DNA of 64,000 bases from positions 11,627 through 75,626 of the forward strand of contig DASYVT010000209.1 of assembly GCA_035936835.1 (NCBI GenBank), read 5' to 3'. Both the position numbers and the translations under genes were made by a program. Below, piece by piece: positions 1-9,073 of the stretch. This DNA comes from Candidatus Methylomirabilota bacterium. GTDB taxonomy: Bacteria; Methylomirabilota; Methylomirabilia; Rokubacteriales; CSP1-6. Numbering within the stretch: the stretch's first letter is position 1; each line of letters begins with the position of its first letter. The notes under the pieces were generated by a model that did no database searches, had not been told where the DNA came from, and saw only the letters and a program-made list of their open reading frames with translations.

Positions 1-1277
1 GCATCGGCCTCGGCATCATGGGGTGGGCCGATCTCCTCTTCGCGCTCGAGATTCCCTACGACAGCCAGGAGGCCCTCGACCTGGCGGGGCGGCTCATGGC
101 CTTCGTCGAGGACAAGGGGCACGACCAGTCGTCGCGGTTTGCCGAGGAGCGGGGGCCGTTTCCGAACTGCTCCCGGTCGATCTACCGCGATGGCCGGCCG
201 CTCAGGAACTCGACGGTGACAACGATCGCGCCGACCGGCACGATCTCCATGATCGCCGGCTGCTCGTCCGGTATCGAGCCGGTCTTCGCGCTGGCGTTCG
301 AGCACCGGGTCAAGGGCGTTGACGGCGAGCGCGTGCTGCCGTTCGTGAGCCAGAGCTTCGAGCGGCTGGGGCGGGAGCGCGGCTTCCACTCGGACGCGCT
401 CATGAGCGAGGTCGCCCGTCGCGGCTCGCTCCACGGCATCCCGGGCGTGCCCGAGGAGGCGCGCGCGGTGTTCAAAACGGCGCACGAGATCCATTGGAGC
501 TGGCACGTGCGCCACCAGGCAGCCTTCCAGAAGCACACCGACAACGGCGTGTCGAAGACCATCAACCTGCCTGCCGAGGCGACCCAAAGCGACGTCGCGG
601 AGGCGTACCTCCTCGCCTGGCGGGAAGGTTGCCTGGGCATCACGGTTTTCCGCGACGGGTGTAAGGGGGGCGGACAAGTGCTTAACGTGGGGGTCGGCAG
701 CGAGGCCGCGGCGCTTCAGGGCGCCGCCGGCGCGCTCGGCGACCGCCTGGGCGACCGGCTGGGCGACCAGCTGGGCGACCAGGTTGTCAAGCCGCGGCCT
801 CACAGCTTGTCGGGCGCCACGCACCGCATGGAGACTCCGATCGGCACGGCCTTCATCACGGTGAACGAGACGCCGGGCGGCGATCCCTTCGAAGTGTTCG
901 TCCAGGTTGGCAAGGCCGGCTCGGATACCATGGCCGTGGCCGAGGCGCTCGGCCGGCTGATCTCGCTGGTGCTCCGGCTGCCGTCGCCGCTCTCGGCCCA
1001 GCGGCGCCTCGAGGAGGTCGTCAGCCAGCTCTCGCGGATCGGCGGCGGCCAGCCCACCGGGTTCGGCGCCGCCAAGATCCTGTCCCTGCCGGATGCGCTC
1101 GCGCGAACGCTGGGCGAGCACATCGGGCTCGGGCGCCGCCAGGAGCCGGAAGTGGACGCGGCGGCGCCGGCGGGACAGCGCCGGGTGGGGGACCTCTGCA
1201 AGGAGTGCGGGCAGGCGACCTTGGTGTACGAAGAAGGCTGCAAGAAGTGTCTGTCCTGCGGCTTCAACGAATGTTAG
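1..1277 (+). CDS. nrdJ: Class II (adenosylcobalamin-dependent) ribonucleotide reductase, C-terminal ~420 aa. The 5' end lies outside the window; the reading frame starts at nt 3.
   Basis: Conserved RNR blocks (TVTTIAPTGTISMIAGCSSGIEP, KTINLP) and a C-terminal CxxC...CxxC zinc ribbon. There is no stop codon upstream in frame to nt 3. Confidence 0.85.
   Translation, partial: IGLGIMGWADLLFALEIPYDSQEALDLAGRLMAFVEDKGHDQSSRFAEERGPFPNCSRSIYRDGRPLRNSTVTTIAPTGTISMIAGCSSGIEPVFALAFEHRVKGVDGERVLPFVSQSFERLGRERGFHSDALMSEVARRGSLHGIPGVPEEARAVFKTAHEIHWSWHVRHQAAFQKHTDNGVSKTINLPAEATQSDVAEAYLLAWREGCLGITVFRDGCKGGGQVLNVGVGSEAAALQGAAGALGDRLGDRLGDQLGDQVVKPRPHSLSGATHRMETPIGTAFITVNETPGGDPFEVFVQVGKAGSDTMAVAEALGRLISLVLRLPSPLSAQRRLEEVVSQLSRIGGGQPTGFGAAKILSLPDALARTLGEHIGLGRRQEPEVDAAAPAGQRRVGDLCKECGQATLVYEEGCKKCLSCGFNEC
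735..782 (+). repeat. 4 x 12-bp in-frame tandem repeat (ctgggcgaccng) encoding LGDRLGDRLGDQLGDQ inside nrdJ
   Basis: Direct reading of the sequence. The repeat lies between the catalytic core and the C-terminal zinc ribbon. Confidence 0.9.
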
Positions 1278-1286
1278 AGAACGTCC

Positions 1287-1583
1287 ATGTTCAGCGGCGG
1301 TGATTACCGCGAGGTTGCGAGGTGGCTCGAGAACTTCGCGACCTCCCACGCCAAGCGGGAGGATCTCCGCGCGGAGTGCGCGCTGGACACTGAAGGTCCC
1401 CGCGAAGGGACGAGTTACGGCCTGCGCGTGAGGGTCGGCGATCGCCTCTCCTCCGAGATCGGGCTCGGGTTCGACGACGTGGCGGCCGGGCGCGGCAGCA
1501 TGGCCTGGTGCCAGTCTCTGGCCGACCGCGTGCGCGGCCTCGTCAGCGAAGCTTCACGTGATAGTTCGCTGAGACCCGCTTAG
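1287..1583 (+). CDS. hypothetical protein (98 aa)
   Basis: ORF with high-GC third positions sitting between nrdJ and the permease gene. No recognisable domain. Confidence 0.3.
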   Translation: MFSGGDYREVARWLENFATSHAKREDLRAECALDTEGPREGTSYGLRVRVGDRLSSEIGLGFDDVAAGRGSMAWCQSLADRVRGLVSEASRDSSLRPA

Positions 1584-1585
1584 CG

Positions 1586-3133
1586 GTGCCGTCCGGGCGC
1601 CGCTCCCCGAGCTGGGTCGCCCCCGGGGACTGGAACGCGTTCTTCGGGCTGGCGCTCGACAACACGACCCAGCTCGTCATCCTGTCGAGCCTGCTCATCG
1701 GGGTGTTCAAGTTCCCCGCTGACCTCGTCCTTGGACGCATGGTTCCCGGCACGGCGGCTGGCGTGCTGGTCGGTGACCTGGTCTACACCGCGCTCGCCAT
1801 CCGCCTCATGCGGCGCACCGGACGTGACGACGTCACGGCGATGCCCTTCGGGATCGACACGCCCTCGCTCTTCGGCATCGTTTTCGGCGTGCTGGGTCCC
1901 GTGATGCTGCTGACCGGCGACCCGGTACTCGCCTGGAAGGTGGGCATGGGCGTGACCGTGGCGATGGGCGCGCTCAAGCTCGTCCTCGCCTTCGCGGGCG
2001 ACCGGGTTCGGAGAATCGTGCCGCGCGCGGCCCTCCTGGGATCGATCGCCGGCGTCGCCATCCTGCTCGTCGCCTTCCTGCCCGCGCTCAAGGTCTTCGC
2101 CGATCCGCTCGTTGGGGTGACCTCGCTGACCATCGTCCTTGTTGCACTGGTTGGACGTGTGAGGCTGCCGGGCGGCGTGCCCGGGGCCTTCGCGGCGGTC
2201 GCGGCGGGCGCGGCGGTGTTCTGGCTGCGGGCGGCGTGGGGCGCCGGGCCCGCCTCGCTCGCGGCGCCCCCTGTGGCGCTCGCCCTGGCCATCCCGTGGC
2301 CGACGCTGTCGTGGGTGCCCGCCTTCGGCGCCGTGCTGCCGTACCTGCCGCTCGCCGCGCCCTTCGCGATCGCCACCGTGATCGGCGGCATCGACAACAC
2401 CGAGTCCGCTATTGCAGCGGGCGACGAGTATCGAACGCGGGACATCCTCCTGACGGAGGCGGTGGCGACGGCGGTGGCGGGGCTCTGCGGCGGCGTGATC
2501 CAGAACACGCCCTACATCGGGCATCCGGCGTACAAAGCCATGGGCGCGCGCGCCGGCTACACGCTCGCGACCGCGCTGGTAATCGGCGTGGGCGGGGCGG
2601 TGGGCGCGGTCTCGGTCCTTGTGAGCGTGCTGCCGGAGGCTGCCGTCGCGCCCATCCTGATCTTCATCGGGCTCGAGATCACGGCGCAGGCCTTCGTCGC
2701 CTCACCGGCTCGCCATGCCGCCGCCGTCGCAGTGTCGTTCATCCCCGCCGTTGCGGCCCTTGTGCTGATCGAGGTAACGAGCTTCCTGGCGTCGGTGGGC
2801 CGGAGCCCGGGGGACCTGGCAGGCGAGGGCAAGGCGGCCTTTCAGCACCTCCTCGTCCTCGGCAACGGCTTCATCGTGACGGCGCTCTTGTGGGGGTGGG
2901 CGCTGGCGTCCATCATCGACGGCCGCCTCGGGCGCGCGGCAGCCGTGTTCGTCGCCTGCGCTGCCGCCACGCTCTTCGGGCTCATGCACTCACCACTGCC
3001 GAGCGGCGCGCTCTTCTGGCCGTGGTCGGCGGGGGGCAGCGGGGCGCTGGCGCTGGCAGCGGCTTATGGCGTCGGCGCGGGGTTCCTGCTCGCGCTGGCC
3101 CACGCCCAGAGCCGGACGCGCGAGGGGCGCTAG
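1586..3133 (+). CDS. polytopic membrane permease, possibly NCS2 / xanthine-uracil-AzgA-like family
   Basis: 515 aa, about 12 hydrophobic segments, loose resemblance to NCS2 permease blocks. Family assignment is tentative. Confidence 0.5.
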   Translation: MPSGRRSPSWVAPGDWNAFFGLALDNTTQLVILSSLLIGVFKFPADLVLGRMVPGTAAGVLVGDLVYTALAIRLMRRTGRDDVTAMPFGIDTPSLFGIVFGVLGPVMLLTGDPVLAWKVGMGVTVAMGALKLVLAFAGDRVRRIVPRAALLGSIAGVAILLVAFLPALKVFADPLVGVTSLTIVLVALVGRVRLPGGVPGAFAAVAAGAAVFWLRAAWGAGPASLAAPPVALALAIPWPTLSWVPAFGAVLPYLPLAAPFAIATVIGGIDNTESAIAAGDEYRTRDILLTEAVATAVAGLCGGVIQNTPYIGHPAYKAMGARAGYTLATALVIGVGGAVGAVSVLVSVLPEAAVAPILIFIGLEITAQAFVASPARHAAAVAVSFIPAVAALVLIEVTSFLASVGRSPGDLAGEGKAAFQHLLVLGNGFIVTALLWGWALASIIDGRLGRAAAVFVACAAATLFGLMHSPLPSGALFWPWSAGGSGALALAAAYGVGAGFLLALAHAQSRTREGR

Positions 3134-4479
3134 CGGTGGAGCAGGGCGAGCATCTCGTCGTCCCTCTTGAACTTGAGCTCTTCGACGCGGGCTAGGGCGG
3201 CGCGGGCGCGCTCTTCGGCTTCAATCCGCTGGACGTCCGCGTAGGTCACCGGCGAGGCGCCGGCCTTCTGGAGCGCGGCGCTGACCGCGTCCAGCACGCG
3301 CTGGGCTTCGGCAGCGGGCCGCTTGGGCCGGGCCTGGAGCCAGTTGACGACGTGCTTGATGCCCGTCTCGGCGTCGAGCTTGGCTCGGCCGACGACGCCG
3401 TCGCTGGCCCGCCGGGCCCATCCGACAACGAAGATCCCCGCGAGCGGCTGCCCTTGCTCGGGATCCCAGACCTGGTACGCCGCGGCGGGATCCTGCTCGG
3501 CGCCCGGGGCGGTGACGTAGAGGCCTTCCTTGTACGGCAGCCCGAACCGCTCGTCGACCCGGTCGCCGACGGCGAAGACCACCGTGTCGCAGGGGATGCG
3601 CGAGACTTCACCGGTGCCGACGGCATTGATGCGCTCGCCCTTGCGCTCGAGCCGCGTCTCCTCGACCTCGAGGGCGACGACGCGACCGCCCGCGGCGATC
3701 ACGCGCTTCGGTGAGGCGAGAAAGCGAAAGCGAAGCCGCGCCCTCGTTGGCTCGGCGGGCTCGGGGTTGCCGGCAAGGGCCTTCAGGAGGTCGTTGGGGT
3801 TTTGGCCTACGGCTTCCAGGCGCGGACGGATACGCTCGAGCTCCTGGCGGTAGAGCTCCCGGTCGAAGGCGTCTTCGACGTCTTCGAACTCCTTGTCCTC
3901 GTACGCCTTCTCGAAGGGGCCCCGCCGCGCGATCGCCACGATCTCGTCACAGTCGCAGTAGTGGGCGCAGTAGTTTGCGACGTCGACCATCACGTTGCCC
4001 ACGCCGACGATGGCCACCCGGCGCCCCATGGGGAACTCCCGCTCGGCGAAGGGCGGGAGCCGGTTGTAGTGATAGACGAGGTCCTTGGCGTGATAGACCC
4101 CCGGGAGCCGCTCGCCCTCGACACCGAGGTACTTGGTGCCCTGGGCGCCGATGGCAAAGACCAGCGCGTCGAAGCCCAAGCCCTGCAGCTGGGTGACGGT
4201 GAGGGGCCCGTCGGGCCCGACGGGCACATGGCCCAGGTACGTGACGCGCGGGTCGGAAAGGATCTTCTGGAACTGGCGCCGGAGCCCGCCCTTCATCTTG
4301 TACTTGTCGAGGAAGATGCCGTACTCGGCCAGCCCGCCGGGCTTGATGTCCCGGTTGAGGAGCAGGACGCGGCAGCCCGCGGCGGCCAGGGCCCGCGTCG
4401 CGAAGAGGCCCGCGGGGCCGGCGCCCACGACACCGACCACGCGTCCGGGCTCGTCCGCCATGGTGCCGGAACATAGCAC
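3130..4479 (-). CDS. fprA: FprA / adrenodoxin-reductase-type NADPH:ferredoxin oxidoreductase (FAD/NAD(P)-binding)
   Basis: N-terminal GVVGAGPAGLFA dinucleotide fold and a second GVGNVMVDVA NADPH fold. Size (~450 aa) fits FprA. The start may be the internal M at 4461. Confidence 0.75.
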   Translation of the reverse strand: MLCSGTMADEPGRVVGVVGAGPAGLFATRALAAAGCRVLLLNRDIKPGGLAEYGIFLDKYKMKGGLRRQFQKILSDPRVTYLGHVPVGPDGPLTVTQLQGLGFDALVFAIGAQGTKYLGVEGERLPGVYHAKDLVYHYNRLPPFAEREFPMGRRVAIVGVGNVMVDVANYCAHYCDCDEIVAIARRGPFEKAYEDKEFEDVEDAFDRELYRQELERIRPRLEAVGQNPNDLLKALAGNPEPAEPTRARLRFRFLASPKRVIAAGGRVVALEVEETRLERKGERINAVGTGEVSRIPCDTVVFAVGDRVDERFGLPYKEGLYVTAPGAEQDPAAAYQVWDPEQGQPLAGIFVVGWARRASDGVVGRAKLDAETGIKHVVNWLQARPKRPAAEAQRVLDAVSAALQKAGASPVTYADVQRIEAEERARAALARVEELKFKRDDEMLALLHR

Positions 4480-4553
4480 GGGGCCCGTCCGGCTGTGAAT
4501 GAGTCATTTGGCTTGACCGTCCTACGGGCGTGATGATATTCGAGTAATGGACT

Positions 4554-4569
4554 TGTGAATCTCGTCACT
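4554..4569. promoter_or_regulatory. candidate CRP/FNR-family operator TGTGA-N6-TCACT in the divergent fprA / cytochrome c intergenic region
   Basis: 9/10 match to TGTGA-N6-TCACA, about 70 bp upstream of the cytochrome c ATG. A second TGTGA and an AATGAgTCATT palindrome lie at 4494-4508. Confidence 0.3.
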
Positions 4570-4635
4570 AATGCCCGAACGGGGTGGCAGGCTACCGAGG
4601 TCTTGCCAAGCACCGCAGGTCTAGGAGGAGAGGAT

Positions 4636-5052
4636 ATGCGCAAGGTTGTGAGGCAGGCGGCAGCGGTAGCGGCGTTCGCGACAGGCGTGATCGTTGCTCT
4701 TGGCCCCTCGGCTCCTGTGCTGGCGCAGGGGGCGTGGGAGGCGCCGACGATGGAGAAGGCGAAGAAGAACCCGCTTCCTGCAAACGCGGCGACCGTCGCG
4801 CAGGGCAAGAAGGTGGCCGAGGTCAACTGCGTGTCCTGCCACGGCGCCAAGGGCAAGGGCGACGGGGCGGCGGCGGTGGCGCTCAATCCCAAGCCCGCAG
4901 ACTGGACGTCCAAGAGAGTCCAGGCCATGTCGGACGGGGAGATCTTCTGGAAGCTCAGCACCGGCCGGGGCGCCATGCCTTCCTGGAAGTTCCTGCCGGA
5001 GAACGACCGCTGGGCCGTGGTCCGCTACATCCGCTCGCTCGGAGGCAAGTAG
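4636..5052 (+). CDS. periplasmic class I c-type cytochrome (single CxxCH haem site)
   Basis: AGGAGG RBS 8 nt upstream, N-terminal signal peptide, CVSCH motif and a distal Met ligand region. Confidence 0.8.
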   Translation: MRKVVRQAAAVAAFATGVIVALGPSAPVLAQGAWEAPTMEKAKKNPLPANAATVAQGKKVAEVNCVSCHGAKGKGDGAAAVALNPKPADWTSKRVQAMSDGEIFWKLSTGRGAMPSWKFLPENDRWAVVRYIRSLGGK

Positions 5053-5133
5053 CGCTCCGGGCTGGGCCCGGCGCTTCGGAAGTTTGTGCGCCACGTGCAC
5101 GCCGCGTAGCAGTAATATCTGGCCGGGTTGCCC

Positions 5134-7599
5134 ATGAGCGACGAGCGGCCGTCTCCTGATTCGAGCGCGCAGGTCCTGAAGGACTCGTTGGACGAGATCC
5201 GCCAGAGCCTCGACGCGCTCGCCGATCGCCTCCAGCGACTGGAGGCGGCGCCCAGCGGTTCGCCGCCTACGCCTCGTGTCACGCCCGCCGACAGTCCCCC
5301 CGCCGACAGTCCCCCCGCCGACGGTCCCGATGACCGCGACGCGCTCTCGGTCGGTCAGGAGATCCTCGCCATCCCGTCTTCGGGGCTCGAGCCCGCCCAG
5401 GTCTTCTCCCTCGCCATGGATCGGGTCGCGCGGCTGCTGTCCGCCGATCGCGCCATGCTCTTCATCTGGGAGCCAGATGGCTCTCGCCTCGTGGCCTGCG
5501 CCGGGCGAGGGTTCCGGCGCGATGATCTCGAGACCATCTCCATTAAAGCGGGAGACGGACTCGTCGGCCAAGCCTTCCAGGACGAGCAGATTCTGCGCTC
5601 CTCGAGCCGCGCCGTCAGCGTCGCCGAGGACCCGTTTCTGGCGCTCTTCCCGGTGCGTGACGCCGTGGCCGTGCCGATCCGCGCCGCCGGGCACGCGGCT
5701 GGGGTCCTCTACGCTGGCCGCCGCGCGCCGCGCCCGGCCTTCTCCGAGCAGGAGGTGCTGCTGCTGCTCGTGATCGCCGACCGCGTCGGCACGGCCCTGG
5801 CCCACCGACAGTTCGTCGAGACCACGGGGGGCCACATCCGCCGACTCCGTGAGCTCGAGGTCTTCCTGGGCCACGTGCTCGTGGGCCAGGAGAGGGAGGA
5901 CATGCTCTCGCGGGCTTGTGAGGTCGCGTGCCGCCTGGCGGGCGTGCGCGTCGCCGCGTTGGGCGTGCCGGCCGGGTCGGCGGGCCTGTCGCTCGCCGCG
6001 GCCTCGGGGCTGCCGGCCGGGGCGGTCAGCTCCTGGCGGGCGGACACCGGCTACGGGCTGACCGGCGAGATGTTCGCGACACATCGCCCCGTGCTGTGCC
6101 GCGACATCCAGAGCCGCGATGGGTGTGAGAACGATGTGCTCCGCGAGGCGGGACTGCGCGCCTGTCTCGTGGTTCCCGTCCGACTGCGGCACCAGACCGT
6201 GGGCGCGCTCTACCTCGCGGATCCCGAGGCGCGCGAGTTCACGCCGGACGAGGTGGCCACTGTCCAGGTGCTGGCCTCGCTCCTCGCGCTGGGGATGGAG
6301 AACAATCGGCTCTACGGCGAGGTCAGGACCGCCTTCGAGGGGATGGCGTCGGCCCAGGACCAGCTCGTCCAGACGGAGAAGGCCCGCGCCGTCGGCGCCA
6401 TGGCGGGCGGTATCGCCAACGAGTTCAACAACCTCCTTGCCATCGTGCTGGGGAAGACCCAGCTTATGCTGACCCGAGCCCCCGAGGGACCCTTGCGCGA
6501 GGGGCTCGCCGCGGTTGAGGAAGCGGCGTGGCGGGCGGCGGACTTCGTACGACGGCTCCAGGGCTTCGCGGCGACGAGCATGGACGACGGCACGGGCCCG
6601 GTGGACTTGGCCGCGGTGGTGCAGGACGCCGTCGCGCTGACGCGCGCGCTCTGGAAGGACGAGGTCGAAGCTCGCGGGGCGCCGATCGAGGTGGTGACCG
6701 ACGTCGACCGGGTCCCGCCCGTGGAGGGGCAGGCGGCCGCGCTGCGCGAGGCGGTGATGAACCTGATCCTGAATGCCGTGGACGCCATGCCGCGCGGCGG
6801 GCGCCTGGGCCTGACCCTCCGGCGGGTCGACGCCGGCGTGGAGCTCCACGTGTCGGATGGGGGCGAAGGAATGCCCGAAGACGTGCGGCGCCGCATCTTC
6901 GATCCCTTCTTCACCACGCGCGCCCCGCACCGGACCGGGCTCGGGCTGTCCGTCGTGCACGGGGTCGTCAACCGGCACCGCGGCAGCGTCCGGGTGAGGA
7001 GCGAGCCCGGCGGGGGTACGACGGTGACGCTCTCGTTTCCGGCGGCTCCCGGTCACACCGTGGACTCGCGCATGCCCCAGATGCCTGCGATTCCAGAGAT
7101 GCCTGCGATGCCCGAGATGCCTGTGATACCCGAGATGCCCGAAATGCCCGAGATATCCGTGATCCCCGAGATGTCCACGATGCCCGTAATGCAGGACCCA
7201 CCCGAAGACGAGATTCGCGCCGCCGCAACCGTCTCCATTCTCGTGCTCGAAGACGAAGAGCATATCCGTACCATGCTGGTGGAGGCTCTGACCGGCGCCG
7301 GCCATAGGGTCGAATCGGCGACCGACGGGCTCACGGGCCTGGCGCGCTTCCAAGGCGGGGCCTTCGACGTGGTCCTGACCGATCTCTCGCTGCCCGAGTG
7401 CTCGGGGCTGGATGTGGCGCGCTCGGTCAAGCGCATGCGTCCGGAAACGCCGGTGGTGCTCATCACCGGGTGGGGACACCTCCTCGACCCCGAGCGACTG
7501 CGCGACAGCGGCGTCGACCTCATGCTGGTCAAGCCGTTCCGCTTCGAGCGCGTCCTGTCCGTGCTCGGCGACGCCCTGCGGCTGCGACCAATCGTATAG
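5134..7599 (+). CDS. hybrid sensor histidine kinase: coiled-coil N-terminus, two GAF domains, HisKA, HATPase_c, Met/Pro-repeat linker and C-terminal receiver domain
   Basis: H-box AVGAMAGGIANEFNNLL; N, G1 and G2 boxes (LILNAVDAMP, DGGEGMP, GLGLSV); REC motifs (LVLEDEE ... DVVLTDLSLP ... KP). Start taken as the ATG at 5134. Confidence 0.85.
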   Translation: MSDERPSPDSSAQVLKDSLDEIRQSLDALADRLQRLEAAPSGSPPTPRVTPADSPPADSPPADGPDDRDALSVGQEILAIPSSGLEPAQVFSLAMDRVARLLSADRAMLFIWEPDGSRLVACAGRGFRRDDLETISIKAGDGLVGQAFQDEQILRSSSRAVSVAEDPFLALFPVRDAVAVPIRAAGHAAGVLYAGRRAPRPAFSEQEVLLLLVIADRVGTALAHRQFVETTGGHIRRLRELEVFLGHVLVGQEREDMLSRACEVACRLAGVRVAALGVPAGSAGLSLAAASGLPAGAVSSWRADTGYGLTGEMFATHRPVLCRDIQSRDGCENDVLREAGLRACLVVPVRLRHQTVGALYLADPEAREFTPDEVATVQVLASLLALGMENNRLYGEVRTAFEGMASAQDQLVQTEKARAVGAMAGGIANEFNNLLAIVLGKTQLMLTRAPEGPLREGLAAVEEAAWRAADFVRRLQGFAATSMDDGTGPVDLAAVVQDAVALTRALWKDEVEARGAPIEVVTDVDRVPPVEGQAAALREAVMNLILNAVDAMPRGGRLGLTLRRVDAGVELHVSDGGEGMPEDVRRRIFDPFFTTRAPHRTGLGLSVVHGVVNRHRGSVRVRSEPGGGTTVTLSFPAAPGHTVDSRMPQMPAIPEMPAMPEMPVIPEMPEMPEISVIPEMSTMPVMQDPPEDEIRAAATVSILVLEDEEHIRTMLVEALTGAGHRVESATDGLTGLARFQGGAFDVVLTDLSLPECSGLDVARSVKRMRPETPVVLITGWGHLLDPERLRDSGVDLMLVKPFRFERVLSVLGDALRLRPIV
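7072..7192 (+). repeat. imperfect 15-bp tandem repeats encoding the (E)MP(A/V/E)(M/I)P linker in the hybrid kinase. A second 15-bp x 3 repeat at 5285-5328 encodes PADSPPADSPPADGP.
   Basis: Direct reading of the sequence. Confidence 0.85.
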
Positions 7600-7619
7600 C
7601 GCGCCTCGAAGTAAGGCGG

Positions 7620-8537
7620 CTGGCTGCCATCGACCTCGGCACCAACACCGTCCGCCTGCTCATCGTGGAGGCCTCCGGCGCCAAATGGCGCGGGCTGCAC
7701 GCGGAGCAGCGCGTGACGCGGCTGGGAGAGGGGCAGGCGGGGACGGGCATGCTCCAGCCGGCCGCGATGCGGCGGACCGCGGAGGTCGTTGCCGCCTTCT
7801 GCCGTCGGGCGGAAGACCTGGGCGTCCACGATGTGCGCATCGTCGGCACCAGCGCTGTCCGCGAGGCGACCAACGGTGCCGAGTTTCTCGCCCAGGTCCA
7901 TTCGTGGAGTGGCCGGCAGGTGCGGGTGATCTCGGGCGAGGAAGAAGCGCGGCTGACTCTCCTCGGCGTGACTCAAGGGCTGCCCGACCTGAAGGGCCAT
8001 TTCCTTCTCTTCGATATCGGCGGCGGCAGCACCGAGTTCGTGCTTTCGCGCGCAGGGCGCGCGCCTCTGGCCGTGAGCGTAAAACTCGGAGTAGTCGAGC
8101 TCGCCGAGCGCTTCATGGACCAGGGCCCCGTCGATCACACGCGGCACGACGCGATGGCCGCCGAGGTCGGGGCCCGGCTCGCCGCCGGCCTCACCGAGCC
8201 GATCCTCCGCCACGGCGCGCCGACACTCGTGGGCAGCGCGGGCACAGTGACGACGCTGGCGGCCCTCGATCTCAACCTCGAGTCCTACGACGCGGCGCGA
8301 GTGCACGGCCACCGCCTCACGCGCGTGGTGGTGGCGGGGCTCTGCGCGCGCCTCGCGGCCCTCAGCCTGGCCGAGCGCGCCGCCCTGCCGTGCCTCGAGC
8401 CCGGCCGGGCCGACCTGATCGTCCCGGGCTCGGCGATCTGTCTCGCGGCCCTGGACAGGCTCGGCTTCGATGCCCTCATGGTCAGCGACCGGGGTCTCCG
8501 GGAGGGCATCCTGTATGAGATACTGGCTGAGCACTGA
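7620..8537 (+). CDS. ppx: Ppx/GppA-family exopolyphosphatase / pppGpp phosphohydrolase (N-terminal ASKHA domains only, about 300 aa)
   Basis: AAIDLGTNTVRLLIVE and LLFDIGGGSTEF motifs. No ATG/GTG/TTG lies between the upstream stop (7599) and the conserved N-terminus; CTG at 7620 or ATA at 7596 are the only candidates. Confidence 0.75.
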   Translation: MAAIDLGTNTVRLLIVEASGAKWRGLHAEQRVTRLGEGQAGTGMLQPAAMRRTAEVVAAFCRRAEDLGVHDVRIVGTSAVREATNGAEFLAQVHSWSGRQVRVISGEEEARLTLLGVTQGLPDLKGHFLLFDIGGGSTEFVLSRAGRAPLAVSVKLGVVELAERFMDQGPVDHTRHDAMAAEVGARLAAGLTEPILRHGAPTLVGSAGTVTTLAALDLNLESYDAARVHGHRLTRVVVAGLCARLAALSLAERAALPCLEPGRADLIVPGSAICLAALDRLGFDALMVSDRGLREGILYEILAEH

Positions 8538-8545
8538 GAGGGGAC

Positions 8546-9022
8546 ATGGCGAACCGATCGGGGCAGTGGAGGGTCACGGATCTAGCAAACGTGCCGGCAA
8601 ACTGGGGCCCTCGCTCCGCCCGGTGGGCGTGGCTCGAGCTGGTGCTGCCGCTCTTTGCCACGGCGGTCCTCCTGGTCTTCCACAAGCCCCAGTACATGCC
8701 GACGATCTTCGTCGAGAGCGCGACCTCGCCGGTGGCCTGGGTAGCGTGGGCACTCCTGGGCGCCATGGGCGGGGTGTTGGCCTTCTCGGGTCTGCTCGTG
8801 GTTTTCTTCCTTGTCTACTCGCCCGTCTACCTGGCCGGCAAGGCGCCCATGCTGGTGGGCAAGGGCGCCTGGACCGACCGTCGAGAGGTCCGCTTCTACG
8901 GGCTCTGCTTCGTGATTCTCTGCGTGCTGGTGGCGCTCCTCTTGTGGGATTGGCGCTGGTTCGTGTCCGCCTTCCTGCTGCTGACGGGCTTCGCGCCGAC
9001 GTTCTGGCGGGCGCTGGTCTGA
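8546..9022 (+). CDS. hypothetical integral membrane protein (about 4 TM helices)
   Basis: 158-aa ORF with hydrophobic segments and coding-like codon usage. Confidence 0.5.
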   Translation: MANRSGQWRVTDLANVPANWGPRSARWAWLELVLPLFATAVLLVFHKPQYMPTIFVESATSPVAWVAWALLGAMGGVLAFSGLLVVFFLVYSPVYLAGKAPMLVGKGAWTDRREVRFYGLCFVILCVLVALLLWDWRWFVSAFLLLTGFAPTFWRALV

Positions 9023-9073
9023 GCGCCCGGAGTTGACAGGCCGCGGCGCCCTGACTATCCTTGACGAACGGAT

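Noticed and set aside
4575-4605. Sigma-54-type -24/-12 promoter (TGGCAG...TTGCC) upstream of the cytochrome c gene
   Set aside because: The spacing between the GG and GC elements is about 6 nt too long for a functional RpoN promoter.
4621-7479. 952-aa ORF on the minus strand antisense to the hybrid kinase. Similar giant ORFs are 11597-14083(-), 13962-15791(-), 19519-21246(-), 23551-25575(-), 40166-42283(+), 47657-50545(-), 51016-52905(-) and 56529-58283(-).
   Set aside because: Each lies antisense to, or in an alternate frame of, a well-supported conserved gene. The translations are Arg/Pro/Gly-rich low-complexity with no domains. They are typical shadow ORFs of a 70% GC genome.
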